DNA of 64,000 nucleotides from Escherichia coli (GTDB lineage Bacteria; Pseudomonadota; Gammaproteobacteria; Enterobacterales; Enterobacteriaceae): NCBI RefSeq assembly GCF_016026235.1, contig NZ_CP065613.1; one strand, 5' to 3'. Shown piece by piece: positions 63,198 to 64,000 of this stretch (position 1 is its first letter; each line of letters starts with the position of its first letter). The notes under the pieces were generated by a model. It saw only the letters and a program-made list of their open reading frames with translations, ran no database searches and was not told where the DNA came from. The position numbers and the translations under genes were made by a program.

Positions 63198-63863
63198 TTA
63201 ATGCAGGCAGCACTGCTTAAATTTCTTACCACTACCGCACGGGCAAGGATCGTTACGCCCCGGTTTCTCTTCTGCTTTGATCGGTTGCTGAACAGCTTTT
63301 TCCTGCGGATGCGCCATCCAGTACGCATGTAGATCAAGCGCCGCCAGTCGAATGGCATCTACGCTCTCTTCAAACGCTTCTGGCGACATTTTCTCTACCC
63401 GCTCGAAGTTTTCCTCAGTACCGTGCAGCGCAATCGCCTCCAGCGCTGGTTTTAACGAATCGGGCAACGTTGACCAGTCAGAAAGTGCCACGCCCCGCAT
63501 ATAGCCAAAGCACCACTCCTCAACAATCGTCAGCTCGCTGCCATCAACTTCTCGCAAGCCGAATAACGGCTCAAACTGCTCCGGGAATTCGTTCAGACGC
63601 TCTGCGGTATCGGCCATATGTTGAAAAGCCAGGTTCATAAAGCGCGTCATCTCTTTCTCTGACGCCCAGCGCGGCACATAGTCAGCCCCACCCCACACGG
63701 CAACCAGCCACTGTGCCGGTTCAATCTCTTGCGGAGAACTCAACACCGCCGTCAATAAACCGTCCAGCTCCGCCACATCAAGGATGGCGTGGTCAGTGTT
63801 GTATTTGGTCAGAATATCGTCCAGCCATTCCAACTCACTTTCGTTTAACGGTCCCGTTTTCAT
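63198..63863 (-). CDS. yecA: YecA (UPF0149 plus C-terminal SEC-C zinc motif)
   Basis: 221 aa ending [13 protein letters not shown]. Confidence 0.9.
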   Translation of the reverse strand: MKTGPLNESELEWLDDILTKYNTDHAILDVAELDGLLTAVLSSPQEIEPAQWLVAVWGGADYVPRWASEKEMTRFMNLAFQHMADTAERLNEFPEQFEPLFGLREVDGSELTIVEEWCFGYMRGVALSDWSTLPDSLKPALEAIALHGTEENFERVEKMSPEAFEESVDAIRLAALDLHAYWMAHPQEKAVQQPIKAEEKPGRNDPCPCGSGKKFKQCCLH

Positions 63864-64000
63864 ACGCTTTTCCTTGTGGATCTCAACTCGCCAGCACCTA
63901 TCTTACATGCCGGTCCGTATCAGAGATACTTTTTGAGTGGCTTTGCCGGTGATTAAAAATTAAGGAGGGTGTAACGACAAGTTGCAGGCACAAAAAAACC

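Overview
Enterobacterial (Escherichia/Shigella-type) chromosome segment read from the sequence; all identifications are from memory, since no homology search was possible here. Positions 1-20844 are the right arm of a degraded lambdoid prophage. It carries a lysis module with an S21-type holin, then (in gene order on the minus strand) a Q antiterminator, a tR'-like terminator, a tRNA-Ile2-like gene and an AT-rich moron slot. Then come rusA and a DnaB/DnaC/O replication module with ori iterons inside the O gene. Next are two Rha-family regulators, a putative cro-like gene divergent from a cI repressor with flanking operator palindromes, a run of translationally coupled small genes, an SPFH lipoprotein cargo gene, xis and int. 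Three near-identical 1264-bp IS3-family (IS600-like) copies, each with its own 3-bp target duplication, interrupt the helicase, the SPFH gene tail and the integrase. The prophage abuts a 5'-truncated yecE, a known Stx-phage attachment gene. Positions 20845-64000 are the conserved K-12-like backbone: yecE' yecN cmoA cmoB torZ torY cutC yecM argS yecT flhE flhA flhB | cheZ cheY cheB cheR tap tar cheW cheA motB motA flhC flhD | uspC otsA otsB araH araG araF ftnB yecJ azuC yecR ftnA yecH tyrP yecA. Inside flagellar region II there are four independent inactivating lesions. flhB and cheA each carry an amber codon created by a C-to-T change at the inner cytosine of a Dcm CCWGG site. cheA also has a 4-bp frameshift deletion. 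motA is split by a dead IS10-like element. flhDC and the other che/mot/flh genes appear intact, a Shigella-like pattern of motility decay. The most unusual feature is an AT-rich ~2.3-kb two-gene insertion, absent from K-12, in the cheZ-flhB intergenic region and on the opposite strand to the flagellar operons. It encodes a Dgt-family HD-domain dNTP triphosphohydrolase homologue overlapping a CCA-enzyme/PcnB-head-type nucleotidyltransferase, a candidate defence or toxin-like module.
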